A stretch of DNA of 64,000 nt from contig WELA01003305.1 of assembly GCA_009602735.1 (NCBI GenBank), positions 27,621-91,620 of the forward strand. The letters run 5' to 3'. Position numbers and translations under genes: made by a program. The DNA is from Mesotaenium endlicherianum. Its lineage: Eukaryota. The notes under the pieces are model-generated. The model saw only the letters and a list, made by a program, of their open reading frames with translations. It was not told where the DNA came from and searched no databases. How positions within the stretch are numbered: the stretch's first letter is position 1; every line of letters begins with the position of its first letter. Positions 36,618-48,063 of this stretch are shown here, piece by piece.

Positions 36618-39600
36618 TCATTTGTGCGTCGCTCCCAATTCTTGCGAGAACTCATGGCACATCTGGACATACTCATCGAGGCACATCTTTCTCCACCCCT
36701 GCCACCCGCACGAAGCTCTTCAGTCTTACCACAGAGCCGTTCTTTTTTATAGCGGAAGCCCTGAGTATTCCCCACACACAACGGCACGAGTACTAGCAGA
36801 TATCCCAGCGGATTATTCATGAGCATAGCGAATGATTTACAATTCATGCTATCATCATCAACACACAGGTACGATACAAGCGCTTCCACTCGCCATGCAG
36901 TTCCAATGCAAGAGTACCCACCTATAGCCAATCCTACTAGCACAAGACAGGCCAACACCCCTACGAAATAGTAAACATCTTCAGCCAACTTTACGAGCGC
37001 AGAAGTGAAGGCTAACACACCAACACGCCAACAGCTATGCCACGACCCACATGTGCCAGCATGACCCGCCCAAGCTCAGGCTCGTTAAACTTCCAGAACG
37101 AAACAGCGAATACAAACAAGCTTCCAAACGCTCCCCCAATGTACACATACTCCCAGCAATTGGCACGTCTGTCACCACGCGTGTGGCACATCCTACATGA
37201 GTCATTGCGGGAAGCTTAGGAAGCACTGGGTGCCCTTGCTGTCGTCGCTCATCGCTACTCACTGTAATGATCCGACGGAGCAAGGAACTTGGAGCAGAAG
37301 TTCGACATCTGGCTCTGGCGCCATACCTGCGACCGAGCCACCCCTCTCAAGAGTCACCCTCTCGTCTCTTAGAGGGCAGCCCTCATGCCCTTGTGCCCCT
37401 GTGCCCCTGTGCCCTCGTGCCCTTGTGCCCTCGTGCCCAACCATACATGCCTTTTGTTGAAGACAAGCTACACGCTCACTGTGACGCAAGGGTTACAAAA
37501 TGCAAGATGTACAAGGATGCGGGCGCGCACTACTGAGTGCCGCTGCAGCGGAGCCTGCTCCTCCCCAGCCGAACTCAGCTCGCAGCACAGTCCCATACAA
37601 TGCTAACTCATGCCTCACACAACAGACGACAGTACATGAAAATAGCAGAGATAGGGAAACTCGGGTACTAGTAAGCTAGATGGCACAGACGAGTTTTATT
37701 TGTTTTTGGCATGGAAAGCCACGGGGGGCTCACGGGGGGCTCCTGTTGACTCCTGTTGACTCCTATTGACAGGCCAGCAGGCAAAGGTTGCTCGAAGCCC
37801 AGCTTCAATGGCTAGGGCAAGGTTTCAAGCTAGGGGTAGGTCTAAAGTCAGGGCTAGAAGATCTAAGGTTAGGGCTAGGTCTAAGCTAGGGCCAGGGCTA
37901 AATTTAGGGCTAGGTTCAAGATCAGGCCTAGAGCTATAGCATGCGTAGCACGTACCTGGTAGTCCCAGTCACCATATAGGACGGGGTCGCTGTGATTGGC
38001 CCACACGTACATGTAGGCGGCCACTTGCACCTGCTCCTGGTCAGGATCCCCCCCTACCCCACCAGCGCCACGTGGCGGATCCTGCACATTGTGTCTCCTT
38101 CCAACAGACGGCAGGCAGCGGGATCGATCCTTGTCAGCGACACAACAGCCATGAGGGGTGACGGTAAAGCGAACGAGGCTTCAGAAAAACCATAAGAGGC
38201 AGGAATGAAACCAGGTGGCTGGTCGGACTCGTGACAGCTGTTGTGTGCGTGCCTGTGGAGTTGACAGAAGACGGGCAGTTGCACACACTCACCCGCAGAC
38301 AAACATATAGCGAACTCGTCGCGGCACGAGTTCTCAACATGCATGGCAACGGTAAAAATCCTGGCGGCAACATGGTACCAATGAAAGCACATGCTCATTG
38401 TTGAAGCGTATTTATTTGGAATCCAGGGGTGCAAGGCGGAGGGAGCCCTCTGCCGAAGCCTGACCAGAAGGATGGAAGCGACAAGTGTTCGCACGTACTG
38501 GACGTCTTCAAACTCGTCAAACACCTCCTGCTCGGAGTCGGACAGGTCGTACAGAACCTGCGTGCGCAACAGCCCTCCAAAAAATGCTGATTTACGTATT
38601 CAAGTAATTACTTGCACTACTTCAAAGATTCGTGAATTACTTGCACTGCATCTAACACTCAAAATCCATGATCATTGTATACACTAAATCACTCAAATCA
38701 TTACTACCACCAAACTCAATACTAATACCAACTTAATGGATTTCTCAACCTCACTGTGGGATATTACTGGAAAAAGACGAAAATTAGCAAGAGCAAATAC
38801 CAATCCCACCAGTTTGACAACTCAAATAGCAGGAGTTTGAGTAATCAGCGCACTCTGCGAGGCTCCATTTGACGCAGCAGTCACTTCTACCTGCTAATCG
38901 ACAAGAGAGGGAGGCCGCAGCAGCCCCCCTGACGCGTGGCTTTCAGAGGAGCTAGACAAGTGGCATCACATATTAAAACCCCAAACTCCACTTACACCCT
39001 GTGGCCCTTGTACTACTTGCATGCTTGTAAGTGAGTGCAAAGTTCGTCAAACCAGTTCCCCACTTTGCCCTCCTCACCCTCCTTCGCATTCCCCCCCCCC
39101 TCCCCTCCCCACCTCCCACCCCCCCGAGCCAGCCAGTCCTTTCTCCGGTGGAGCAGAAACTACTTGCGTTTGTGAGCCAAGGCTCAACGGCTCAACCTAC
39201 TGCACATAACTTCACTTGTGCCCAGGTTACTCAGCGCAAGCCACCTGCTTTGCCAGGCAGGAAGGCAAGCCTGCTCGCCACCTGTCAGTCTCCCAGGGCA
39301 GCTACGCTTGCACCTCATTCTTCTGCCCGCCAGGTACGTGCACCCCAAAGACTGACTTACAGCAATCTAGCAGGTTCTTGCCAGCAGCAGTGATTGACAA
39401 GCAGGGGCCAGGCCAGCTGTAGGGCAGGTGACATGGATTGAAGAGTGCCTCACTGATTACCAAAGACGTGGTTCTTTCTAGTGCCTTAAGGTCACATTTG
39501 AAGGTATTTACCTTCCCAGTGACGCTCGAATCCTTCCTGGGAGCCACTGCCGGGTAATTCGCCCCTCTGATGCTGTACCTGTGGCTGCATCCGATTACCA

Positions 39601-39945
39601 TCAAGCTGGCATGCACTCAGATCTCAGGTGTTTATGACCTGCACCGTGTGATAATCACAAAGCACCTCAAGGCCCGACAAAGGACAGGGATTTGGCAATC
39701 GTATTTTACTTTCATAAAGTTGACGTCTAGAAACAGCTCCCCAGCCAGCACACACGGCTCTAGTAAACTCTTCATCTCCACAAGCAAGCAAGCATAGCTT
39801 CATTGCAGTTGGTCTTAACTACTCACTAGTCTTGGACATAAGCAGGCGACTGGGCAGGCACCCGGCCAATAAGCTTCTGAAGTACTTCTTCTGCCATTAG
39901 TGATCCGTATACAAAGACATGGTTGACCTTCGATACCGAAGCCAT
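36618..39945 (-). CDS. AIG2L: AIG2-like protein (gamma-glutamylcyclotransferase-like fold), 5 exons
   Basis: Exons 39945-39827, 39584-39512, 38557-38465, 38081-37956, 36698-36618. Protein: MASVSKVNHVFVYGSLMAEEVLQKLIGRVP...YHRYSIRGANYPAV...VTGKVLYDLSDSEQEVFDEFEDVQYVR...YVWANHSDPVLYGDWDYQGWRKMCLDEY. Confidence 0.92.
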
Positions 39946-42179
39946 TGTCTTTGACGTTATTGCTTATGACGTCTAACGTGCACTGAAAGTAGGAACTATC
40001 TAGCAGAGGAAAGGGGAACCGCGGAAATACAAGAACCCGGCAAAGCGGAAGGAAGTGACAGGAAGTATGAATATGGCGCATTAAGGTAGATATTGTAGTG
40101 CAGTACTTGTGCTTGCTACCTGACCAAGAACACCATGACCACGGCTATCCATCGTCCCTGATATCTACGCATATAACTAAAGAGACATGCGAGAGTGGCA
40201 CTCGGAACGACAGTAGGGACCTCCACTCACAAAAAGGTCCCGGAACGATGAAAGCAGGAAAGACGACCCCGCGCAAGACGTCAGCTTAAGCTTAATTCTC
40301 AAGGAGCTCTGCTGTTTTGTACCAAATGCAACAAGTCTGTCGTTCTCGTTCTCGTTCTCGTTCTCGATGACGTGCCTAACAGTGTCGGTCTCTCGGCACG
40401 TGCATATCCTTCCAGCACGTGCGACTTCAACCTGGTCGATGTGTCGGTGGCCCTCCTCACTTGTGGGCAAACATGGTCGATCGACCTTCGCAAGTGTGTC
40501 GGAGACAAGCCTAACCAAGGTTGACCCATCCCTGGGCTCTTGAACTTGCACCATGCAACCATGACCAACACTCAGAGCAATGTTCTCCTTCACCCAGCTC
40601 TCACCATCTGCTCATCCTAAGACTTAGCTGAAAATTTTAAAAATACTTGCCTTGCCTTAATTCCTCTTACAAGGACGGAAGTCTCTTACTTCCACATAGG
40701 CTTTATGCCTTAAGGTTCTTGGATTCACAGGCGAGCAAATTGTAGTTTGCAGAAATCACACTCTAAGCAGCTTTACATATAACGTCAGATTCAGAGAAAA
40801 TCGCCCTTCGGGCTTCTGCTTAACTTTCACAAAGTCACAGCTTACAAAACTCTGAAACTACACGTCTATGCTGGCCTGGGTCAAGCTCTTCACTTAACAC
40901 CGCGCCTTAACAGCTCTTCACTGCCAGGCTAGGCTCACTCAGTTCTTCACTGAGAGCTTTATCTGCCAATACTACCCTCTCTCTTCGAGATGCGAATGCG
41001 ACTTCCGAGAACTTGGAAACTAACACACAACTCACCATTTTAAGGCTGCTTCACACACACTTGTGGCGTTCAGCCGAATCTATGCTAATCTCCTAGCAAA
41101 TTCTATTCTGCAGTTTTCCTACTTTCAACAGTGAGATTCCCTCTTGGGAACTCCTACAATCCTAACTTATCTATGATACACTAAGAAAAATCTTCAGCGC
41201 CGGCAGAAGCGTGGGACCTCGGCTCTCCAATGGCCTTGGGAACTCCTTCTTCTTCTTCGCGCCCTTCTTCTCCTTCCTTCTGCTCCTTCTGCTCCTTCTG
41301 CTTCTTGGCAAAAGTGCGTGAGAGTGAATGACATGTCTCAGGCAAGATTTGTGCCTTTCGCAGGCACCACACAGCGTCATCTTTCGAGAATGCCGTGCTT
41401 AGTCACAAAGCTTAGCTTCATGTCGCTTCTGCCTAGCCATGCTCAACTCAAACTCGTAGTCACTCGGCATGCATGCACACCTCGTGACTGTCGCGCGTGG
41501 CTGCTTAGCTTCTCAGCTGGCAGTCACGCCTAATTGGCTCATGGCTAAGAACTCTTGAGCGGCGTGTACAAGCAAATGCCCCTTGCTCAAGATTCCCAAC
41601 CGGGCGGCCGTAACCTATCTTGGCATAGCGACCATGACCTGGCTTAATCTGCCAGTCACACAGTACCTGACTTGGTACCTGCTGGGCGGCTCATCACTGA
41701 TCCCCAGCTTCTAGCCTCGCGGCTGTCTATGCTGTCAAAACCTCCCCCATCCCTGGGTGTGGGGCACATTGACATTGACCCCTTGCCAGTGGTCTTGACG
41801 CCGACATAACCGCTGTATGCGACGTAATCAGTCAAGTGGTCGGTGAGTCAACGTTGACTTTCCGTACCTGGGTGGCCGTAGCTTGCGCTGCGCGTGCGGC
41901 ACCGTTAAACGGATAGTAGTCGCGACATCGATCGTGGTGGAATATTTGCAATATATATTCAATTCACATACATACATATAGATATAATATTATACAATAT
42001 ACATTTATGAGAAATTATTGAAATGGAGGCTTTTTTATTGAAAGAGAGAGAGATAGGAGTAGAAGACTTCAATGATAGCATACATGTAGGAGTAGATTTA
42101 GAGAGGGATTAGGAAGGAATAGGAAAATAGAACACAGAGGATAGAAGGCAAAAAACATCTCAGAAAATACTTACCTAAG

Positions 42180-43180
42180 CTACCTTCTTAGCTTCTTAAA
42201 AACTATGGACAATTGCCTTTGTGTGAATGGAGGTGCCTCTCCTGGGCCTGGTAATGCAAGTAGCTTGCTAGCTGCTTCTGCTTTTTCTTGCAGTTCTAAA
42301 ACATATGTTTCCTTTGCTCCTTCAGACTTCCATCCTCCCATCTGCTTGAATGTCCTATCTGCTACTCCCAGGTTTGCAGCTGCTGTAGCTGCTGCCTTAT
42401 TCAAGGTGTGTTCCAAAATCCTTCACACTCAGTCCAATTCTTTTTAGCATTTCTGCAGTCCATTTCCTGATGGTGGAATATGATGGAGCTTTGCCAGTGA
42501 GCCTATTTTCCCTATCTTGGGATTGAATGAGAGGTCCTGTCTCTGGAAAAATTGGAATTTCCGTTACCAGTCTGCAAAACATATTCACAGGACGCCATCT
42601 GTTGCCTATGTAATGCAAAGGTGCTATCCTGTCTACTTTCCTTTGATCATTTTCAGCATGGGGAATGAGCAAGTTCACTATCCTCACAATTTCTTCTCCC
42701 TCTGTTGTAATATCTTCTATCCTGATGGCTGCCATATCAAAGTATCTTAGCAGTCCATGGTACATGAAGAGGAAGGCTGCTGCTTTCATGAGCTCTCTAG
42801 CTGGAGCATTCTCATATGCATATAACTCCATAATGTTAGACAGGGAATCAGGAGCTAGGGGTTGTTTCGTGATATTTGGCCCACGCAGTACTCTAGTAAC
42901 TACCTCCCTCAATGCCTTAACAGACATATCTTCTGTAGGACTCTTCAGATGCAAAAAGTTGTGCATAGCGTAAATTGCTGCACTAGATTGAGACCATGTT
43001 GCTCCCTTGACAATCATTTTTGTGAGAAATAGAGAGGTAATGGCTGGCTCAGCTGGAACAGATCTAAATCCATACGATTCACAAAATTCTTGAAATTGTC
43101 CCCAATAGGGACTGTAGGTGTTCAAAGTCCCCGGGGCAATTGAAAAAAGCATTGCCACCCTTCTTATAGCCTCTAACTGT
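42180..43180 (-). pseudogene. DIRS tyrosine recombinase (frameshifted)
   Basis: APGTLNTY...W..F..FC (N-terminal SAM-like domain), FMYHGLLRYFD (catalytic R), HAENDQ (degenerate SKTDQ), FGTH then frameshift to AATAAANLGV....KQMGGWKSEGAKETYV (catalytic Y). Confidence 0.88.
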
Positions 43181-43299
43181 CTCAGCTCAGGGTGCTTAAC
43201 TATTCTTGCAGGTGCTCGCAAACCACAGGTTTGTAACTTCAGAGCTCTCATCTCACAAATAGGAATCCCTTTTGCTCCAAAAGCACTCTTATCAATTCC

Positions 43300-43702
43300 T
43301 GCAACTAGCACATTCTTACTAAAGCCTAGAGCGTAGGCATCAACCACCTCAGGCATCCACTGTTGTGCACTATCGATCAGCTTAGGCCACCAGCTGGCCG
43401 ACCTCCATACAGGTATTATCAAAGTCAACATGGTCCTCTCTATTCTAACATGTTCTATCACTTGGGATATCAGCTGAGGTAGGAAAGCAGTAATTATTTT
43501 CATTTCACCAATTCACTGAGAATGCATCCACATCTTCAGACAAATGATAGTGGTAGGGTGAGTTGAACCTGTGCACTTTCCTGTTTGCTGGGGTTGCAAA
43601 CCTGTCCACTGAATGTGGCCCCCACCTTCTGTCCAGCTCCTGGAAGACTTCTCTTCTGAGCTCAAAGTCATCTTTCTCCTTTGCCTTGGCAATTTCTTCC
43701 AA
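43300..43702 (-). pseudogene. DIRS DNA N6-adenine methyltransferase-like domain
   Basis: FQELDRRWGPHSVDRFATPANRKVHRFNS...DAFSVNW*NENNYCFP, frameshift, then LISQVIEHVR....TLIIPVWRSASWWPKL. This matches the MT domain found downstream of RNase H in DIRS elements. Confidence 0.75.
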
Positions 43703-43723
43703 GACTTCTCTCTAAGAACATGG

Positions 43724-45219
43724 CTAGAACTTCACTTGGAGATGAGACTGCATCTCTCTCATTCTATCATAGACCTCCCTTGTGGCTTGCCACAGGTCCT
43801 CCTTCTTTGTCCCTCCTTGCTTCAGGACATTTACTACCTGCTTGCTATTAATCTTGACCAGTATCTCACACCTTGTCATATATTTCTTAAAGACTTCTAA
43901 CATCATCAAGATCTTCTCTAGATCTGCTATCAGGTCACCTCGAAAGCAAGTGTCCCTAATATTATTAATTAAACTACACTTCCCAGTGAGGCTGCCTATT
44001 AATAAAGGGGAAAAACCTTGTTCCTTAATTATATTTAAGAATATTACGAAGTGTGGACTCTTGCAGGTTCTTATGTCAGCTCCATTGAACGCATTGAGAT
44101 TCTCCAGCCATAATCTGAAATCATTCCTGACTTGGTAAGAGATGTTAACTGTATCCTCCCAACTTTTTTAGCCTTTAACGCTTCAAAAATCTTTCTAGTA
44201 TATGCAAAAGTGATATTCCCAAATGCTATTTCCATGGACATGATCTGTCCAGCCACAGATGCTAACTCTCTCGCTGGGACCTCCTGGGTCAAACTTGCCA
44301 TCTCTAGCAGGTTATTAATTTTCCTCATCAACTTCTCTCTTCTTCTGAAATCTATGAAGACTTTCATTTGTCTAGAATCAATGACTACCCCTAAAAACTC
44401 CTGCACCCTTGTACATGCTAGCTGAGCTTTCTCGAAATTAATCAAAATGCCAGCTTGCTGGCAGTCCTTTAGCACTATGTCTTTAATCCATGATTGTTCC
44501 TCCTCTCACCTTGCAGTGAACAATATATTATCCAAGTATGGTATCATACTGATACCATCAGACCTCCGGTATCCGGCCAGTTCTTTTATCAGTCTAGTGA
44601 AGACATATGGTACAGATGCTAATCCAAAAGGAAGGCTAGTGTATGTGTATGTTCATCTTTCGAATTGGAAGCCTAGGAAAGTAGTAAAATCTGGGTGCAT
44701 CCTCACATGATGATACCCAGATTTTAAGTCTATAGAGAACATGACAGAGTTTTGCTCAACAATCTCAGGCACCATGTGCAGGCCCTCATACTTAAAAGGT
44801 GTCCTTTGCAAGTGTGTACTGACTACCCTGAGGTCTAATATGAGTCTTAGCTTCTTTCCCTCCACTACATTCAAGGGAGAGATGCATGTGGGTGGTTCTT
44901 TCCCTCTCCACTCTTCTGCAGCTCCTGAAGATATCAGTTCTTCTATTGTCACCCTTGTATAATCAGGAAATTTTCTCACTCCCCCATGATTGTTTTTCCT
45001 AAGCTGTTCTGGAGGACCTAACTCATTCCAGGTCAACTTATACCCTGACTCTATCACCGACAGAATGAAAGAATTGTGATACCATGTTCTCCACCAATGC
45101 AATTGGTTCCTCAGCCTGCAGCTCATGTTTAGAGGTTCTCCCTGATTTGAGAGTTTGCTTGCCTGGACACAATGTTTTCCTTCTAGCAAGCTATGGAGAC
45201 GATCGTCGTCGTCACACAC
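43724..45219 (-). pseudogene. DIRS reverse transcriptase / RNase H (disrupted)
   Basis: SPLNVVEGKKLRLILDLR, FKYEGL, FSIDLKSGYHHV, LPFGLASVPYVFT, PYLDN (YLDD with D to N), INFEKAQL....EFLGVVIDS, RELASVAGQIMSM. Confidence 0.88.
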
Positions 45220-45435
45220 TGTTCACATGATGCAAGACAATTGTGAGGTAATACTCACTTCTAGGCACAGCCATCTGCTGTCCAATAAGTATCCACACTC
45301 CACTTAATATGACTGAATATTTGTTTATTTTTGAACTCTGAAATTCCAGGCTATTATCCAATGAATACAATAATTTGACCAATTTGGTCTTCTCACTTGC
45401 TGGCAATATGCCACAAGAAAATACTCATAACTCAA

Positions 45436-46273
45436 TCATTCTTGCTGTCTAAACTGAGGAGGGTGAGGTGCCATCACCTGAGGCCCAGACTGATGAAATT
45501 GCAGCTGGGGTGGAATAAAAGGTGCTGCCCTATTTTCCATCCTCCCATCATACTTCTTGGGTTGCTGGCACCCAGTGGACAGATGTCCCAACTGGCCACA
45601 ATTATAACAGTATATTGGCATGCCATTCTTAGAGTATCCTGACCTGTTGTACCTCTCTGGCCTACTCTTAGGCAACTCTTTCTTTTTAGCAGATTTCTTG
45701 CTCATGCACATAGCATCCAAGTCTTCCTTCTTTGGACTTTTGCCATTCATAGCACACTCTTTGAGAACTTCATTTCGTGGGCCATGAATATTCTTCCGCC
45801 AACCAGATAAATTTCCTCCTAAAGGTAATGACAGTCAGAATTGAAGACAATAGAGTACCTATGCTCTCATAATCTCCATTGTTGACGGCTTCTTGGGCCT
45901 GCAGGGCAGCTTCCTCCAATTCATTGCAGTACTTGAGCTGCACCTTGTTGCCTTCGTTGAGTTTACTCATCCCTGCCATGTTCCTCTCCTCCTTCAACCT
46001 CTTGAACTTGCGAGCTAGCTGGTCATGCTTTTAATCTGTCTCCTGTACTGGCCTTTTGACTCTGTTCTGCTCCGCTGTCAGCACTTGCATGACCTGCACT
46101 AGTGTATCAACTTTCTGGCTCAACTCTAACACTTGAGGATGAGGTGCTTGACTTTGCAAAAGCCTGGCTTCTTCAGTCTGCACAGGCATCGGTGACTGCT
46201 GGGAAGATAGAGCAACAAGGACCCTTTCCTGGGTCATACTGAGTAAAGCTTCTTTATCAGCATCTGACAACAT
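45436..46273 (-). pseudogene. DIRS gag with CCHC zinc knuckle (disrupted)
   Basis: EGNKVQLKYCNEL...RRKFIWLAEEYSW and CYNCGQLGHLSTGC; in-frame stops and a frameshift. Confidence 0.75.
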
Positions 46274-47321
46274 TGCTAGGTTGGCCTGCGAACTACTTGA
46301 TGTCTCATGAGCTTTTCCTTTGTCGAGACCTTTGTCTAATTGAGGATCTTGTGCTCCTGCCAGGGAGACGGGGTTGGCTTACTGGTGGTTAGGCTTGACG
46401 AGATAGCTAGGTGACAAAGTGCTTGCTCCCGCAGCTTGCTCGACATAGAGCTTGCTTACGAGACGGGACTAGGAGATCTAACTTAGCAGCTCTACACTTC
46501 TGCACTGCATTGACTTCTACGCTCATCTTGCTAGCTTATGTAGTTAGAGTTTGGTTATGGAGACTTGCTACATTGAAGAATGCTGAGTAAGAATGCTCGG
46601 GCATGCATTTTAGTATGTGAATTTTAATATATCGCAAATTTTGATTTGAGACATATGTGTCGATATGTCTCAAATCTGCATTTTGCGAGAGGGCCGACAA
46701 GTTCCCCTCACGAACGCGCCCGAACGATAACGACAAACTCTGAAAAGCGAGCGTCACCGTGACCACATGTACGCGAACGACAAACTTTCAGCAAGCAGAA
46801 ATGACGACCACAAGTCGGCGACGACAACAGACCGAATCGTCCACGACAGCAAGCAAACCCTCGGAACAATCGACGGCTCCCGTGGGCGTCAAAACAAATC
46901 ACCAAAACAAAGAGGCGCGGCCAAGGAAGCAGGTCGCCTCGCGCCATGGCCGACGACCAAAAAGACGAGGAGGCTCGACATAACTGACCTCAACCGATCC
47001 GCCCCCGCTCCCCCCTCCCGCCAGCGGCCATGGACCGTCAGTCGCCGTTGCACAAATACAAAAAGAAAAAAGATAGTAAATCGAATGACAATTTTGACGA
47101 CGTCCGATGCACACATATAGTGCGCCGACCCGGCGCAGGCAAAAATTTAAGGCGGTCGCGAAAGGGCGGGCTGCACCGAGGCGGCACAAGGAAATCGTTC
47201 ACGACAAACGCTTTCGCGTCATAAAGCTCCAATTTTGAACGCATATAGGCCCTCGTGCACACCAGTGAGGGCCCTTATTGATTCCCCCCTCACAAGAGTT
47301 ACGTGAAGGGCGCCTTACTGA

Positions 47322-48029
47322 TGTAATGAATCAGTAATATTCATTTAAATAAAATAGTTACTAAAGTTCAGCCTACTGAATTCTAGTTGTTAATCAGTTT
47401 GCTGGACTTCATATTTAATATCAGTTTAATGACTCAGCGGGAAGCAGCAGGCTGAAGTCAACTTAAGTCAGCTTGCTGACACATTCTTGGACAGCCAGCT
47501 GACTTCCGTACTCGGTAGCAGCGAACAGCCTCGATATGCATCTAAGTGTGATATGCTAGATGAATGGCCAGATGACATCCCTATGATGGATGGCGATTCG
47601 GGATGGTGGGAGATGGCGATGGATTTGGTTAACCGAGGTCCTACCAACGTGGTTAACTCCCGGGTAGGCGGTGCCATCGCACTGGCCGTTGAATAGTAAA
47701 CTCATTCCATGTACATATGCTAGGCATTGCTCTCGAGTTCGGCATTCGGAAACGAGGCCAACTCTCTTGTACAGCTTACTGAGAGAGATCTGAATCCAAG
47801 GCAAGAAGCCATTGATACGCACTGTCTTCTAACCTTGCTTATGTATGAGTTTTGCTGATTGCATTATTGATGCTAGTTTACTCGCATTTGACTTACGAGT
47901 ATCGTTCACTGCTAGTGTGTTGTCCTTTTGCCGTTCAACCAGTTAACAGAAAATACCTCAAAGATTACTTGCTGATATAAAGATCTTTATTAATTGTTAC
48001 TCGCCTATTTGGTAAGACAATTCATTTCA
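47322..48029 (+). repeat. 5' LTR (708 bp)
   Basis: Starts TGTAATGAAT and ends ATTCATTTCA; homologous to 54873-55792. Confidence 0.95.
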
Positions 48030-48030
48030 G

Positions 48031-48042
48031 TGGTATCGGAGC
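48031..48042 (+). promoter_or_regulatory. Primer-binding site (tRNA-iMet type)
   Basis: TGGTATCGGAGC one base after the LTR CA; one mismatch to the canonical TGGTATCAGAGC. Confidence 0.85.
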
Positions 48043-48063
48043 TGTTATCACAGTCTTCTTTGT

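Larger units (their letters stand above)
41944..46690 (-). mobile_element. DIRS-type tyrosine-recombinase retrotransposon, decayed
   Basis: Gene order gag(CCHC) - RT - RNase H region - methyltransferase-like - YR on the minus strand, with stops and frameshifts. Imperfect terminal inverted repeat 41944-41971 vs 46613-46639. Boundaries are approximate. Confidence 0.88.

Noticed and set aside
40600..41930. Possible LTR-like remnant between the AIG2 gene and the DIRS element
   Set aside because: No paired LTR, clear PBS, TSD or coding motif could be established.
47468..47696. 69-aa ORFs within the LTR on both strands
   Set aside because: Their recurrence reflects LTR identity. The sense ORF has a TGA in the 3' LTR and the antisense ORF has a TGA in the solo LTR.
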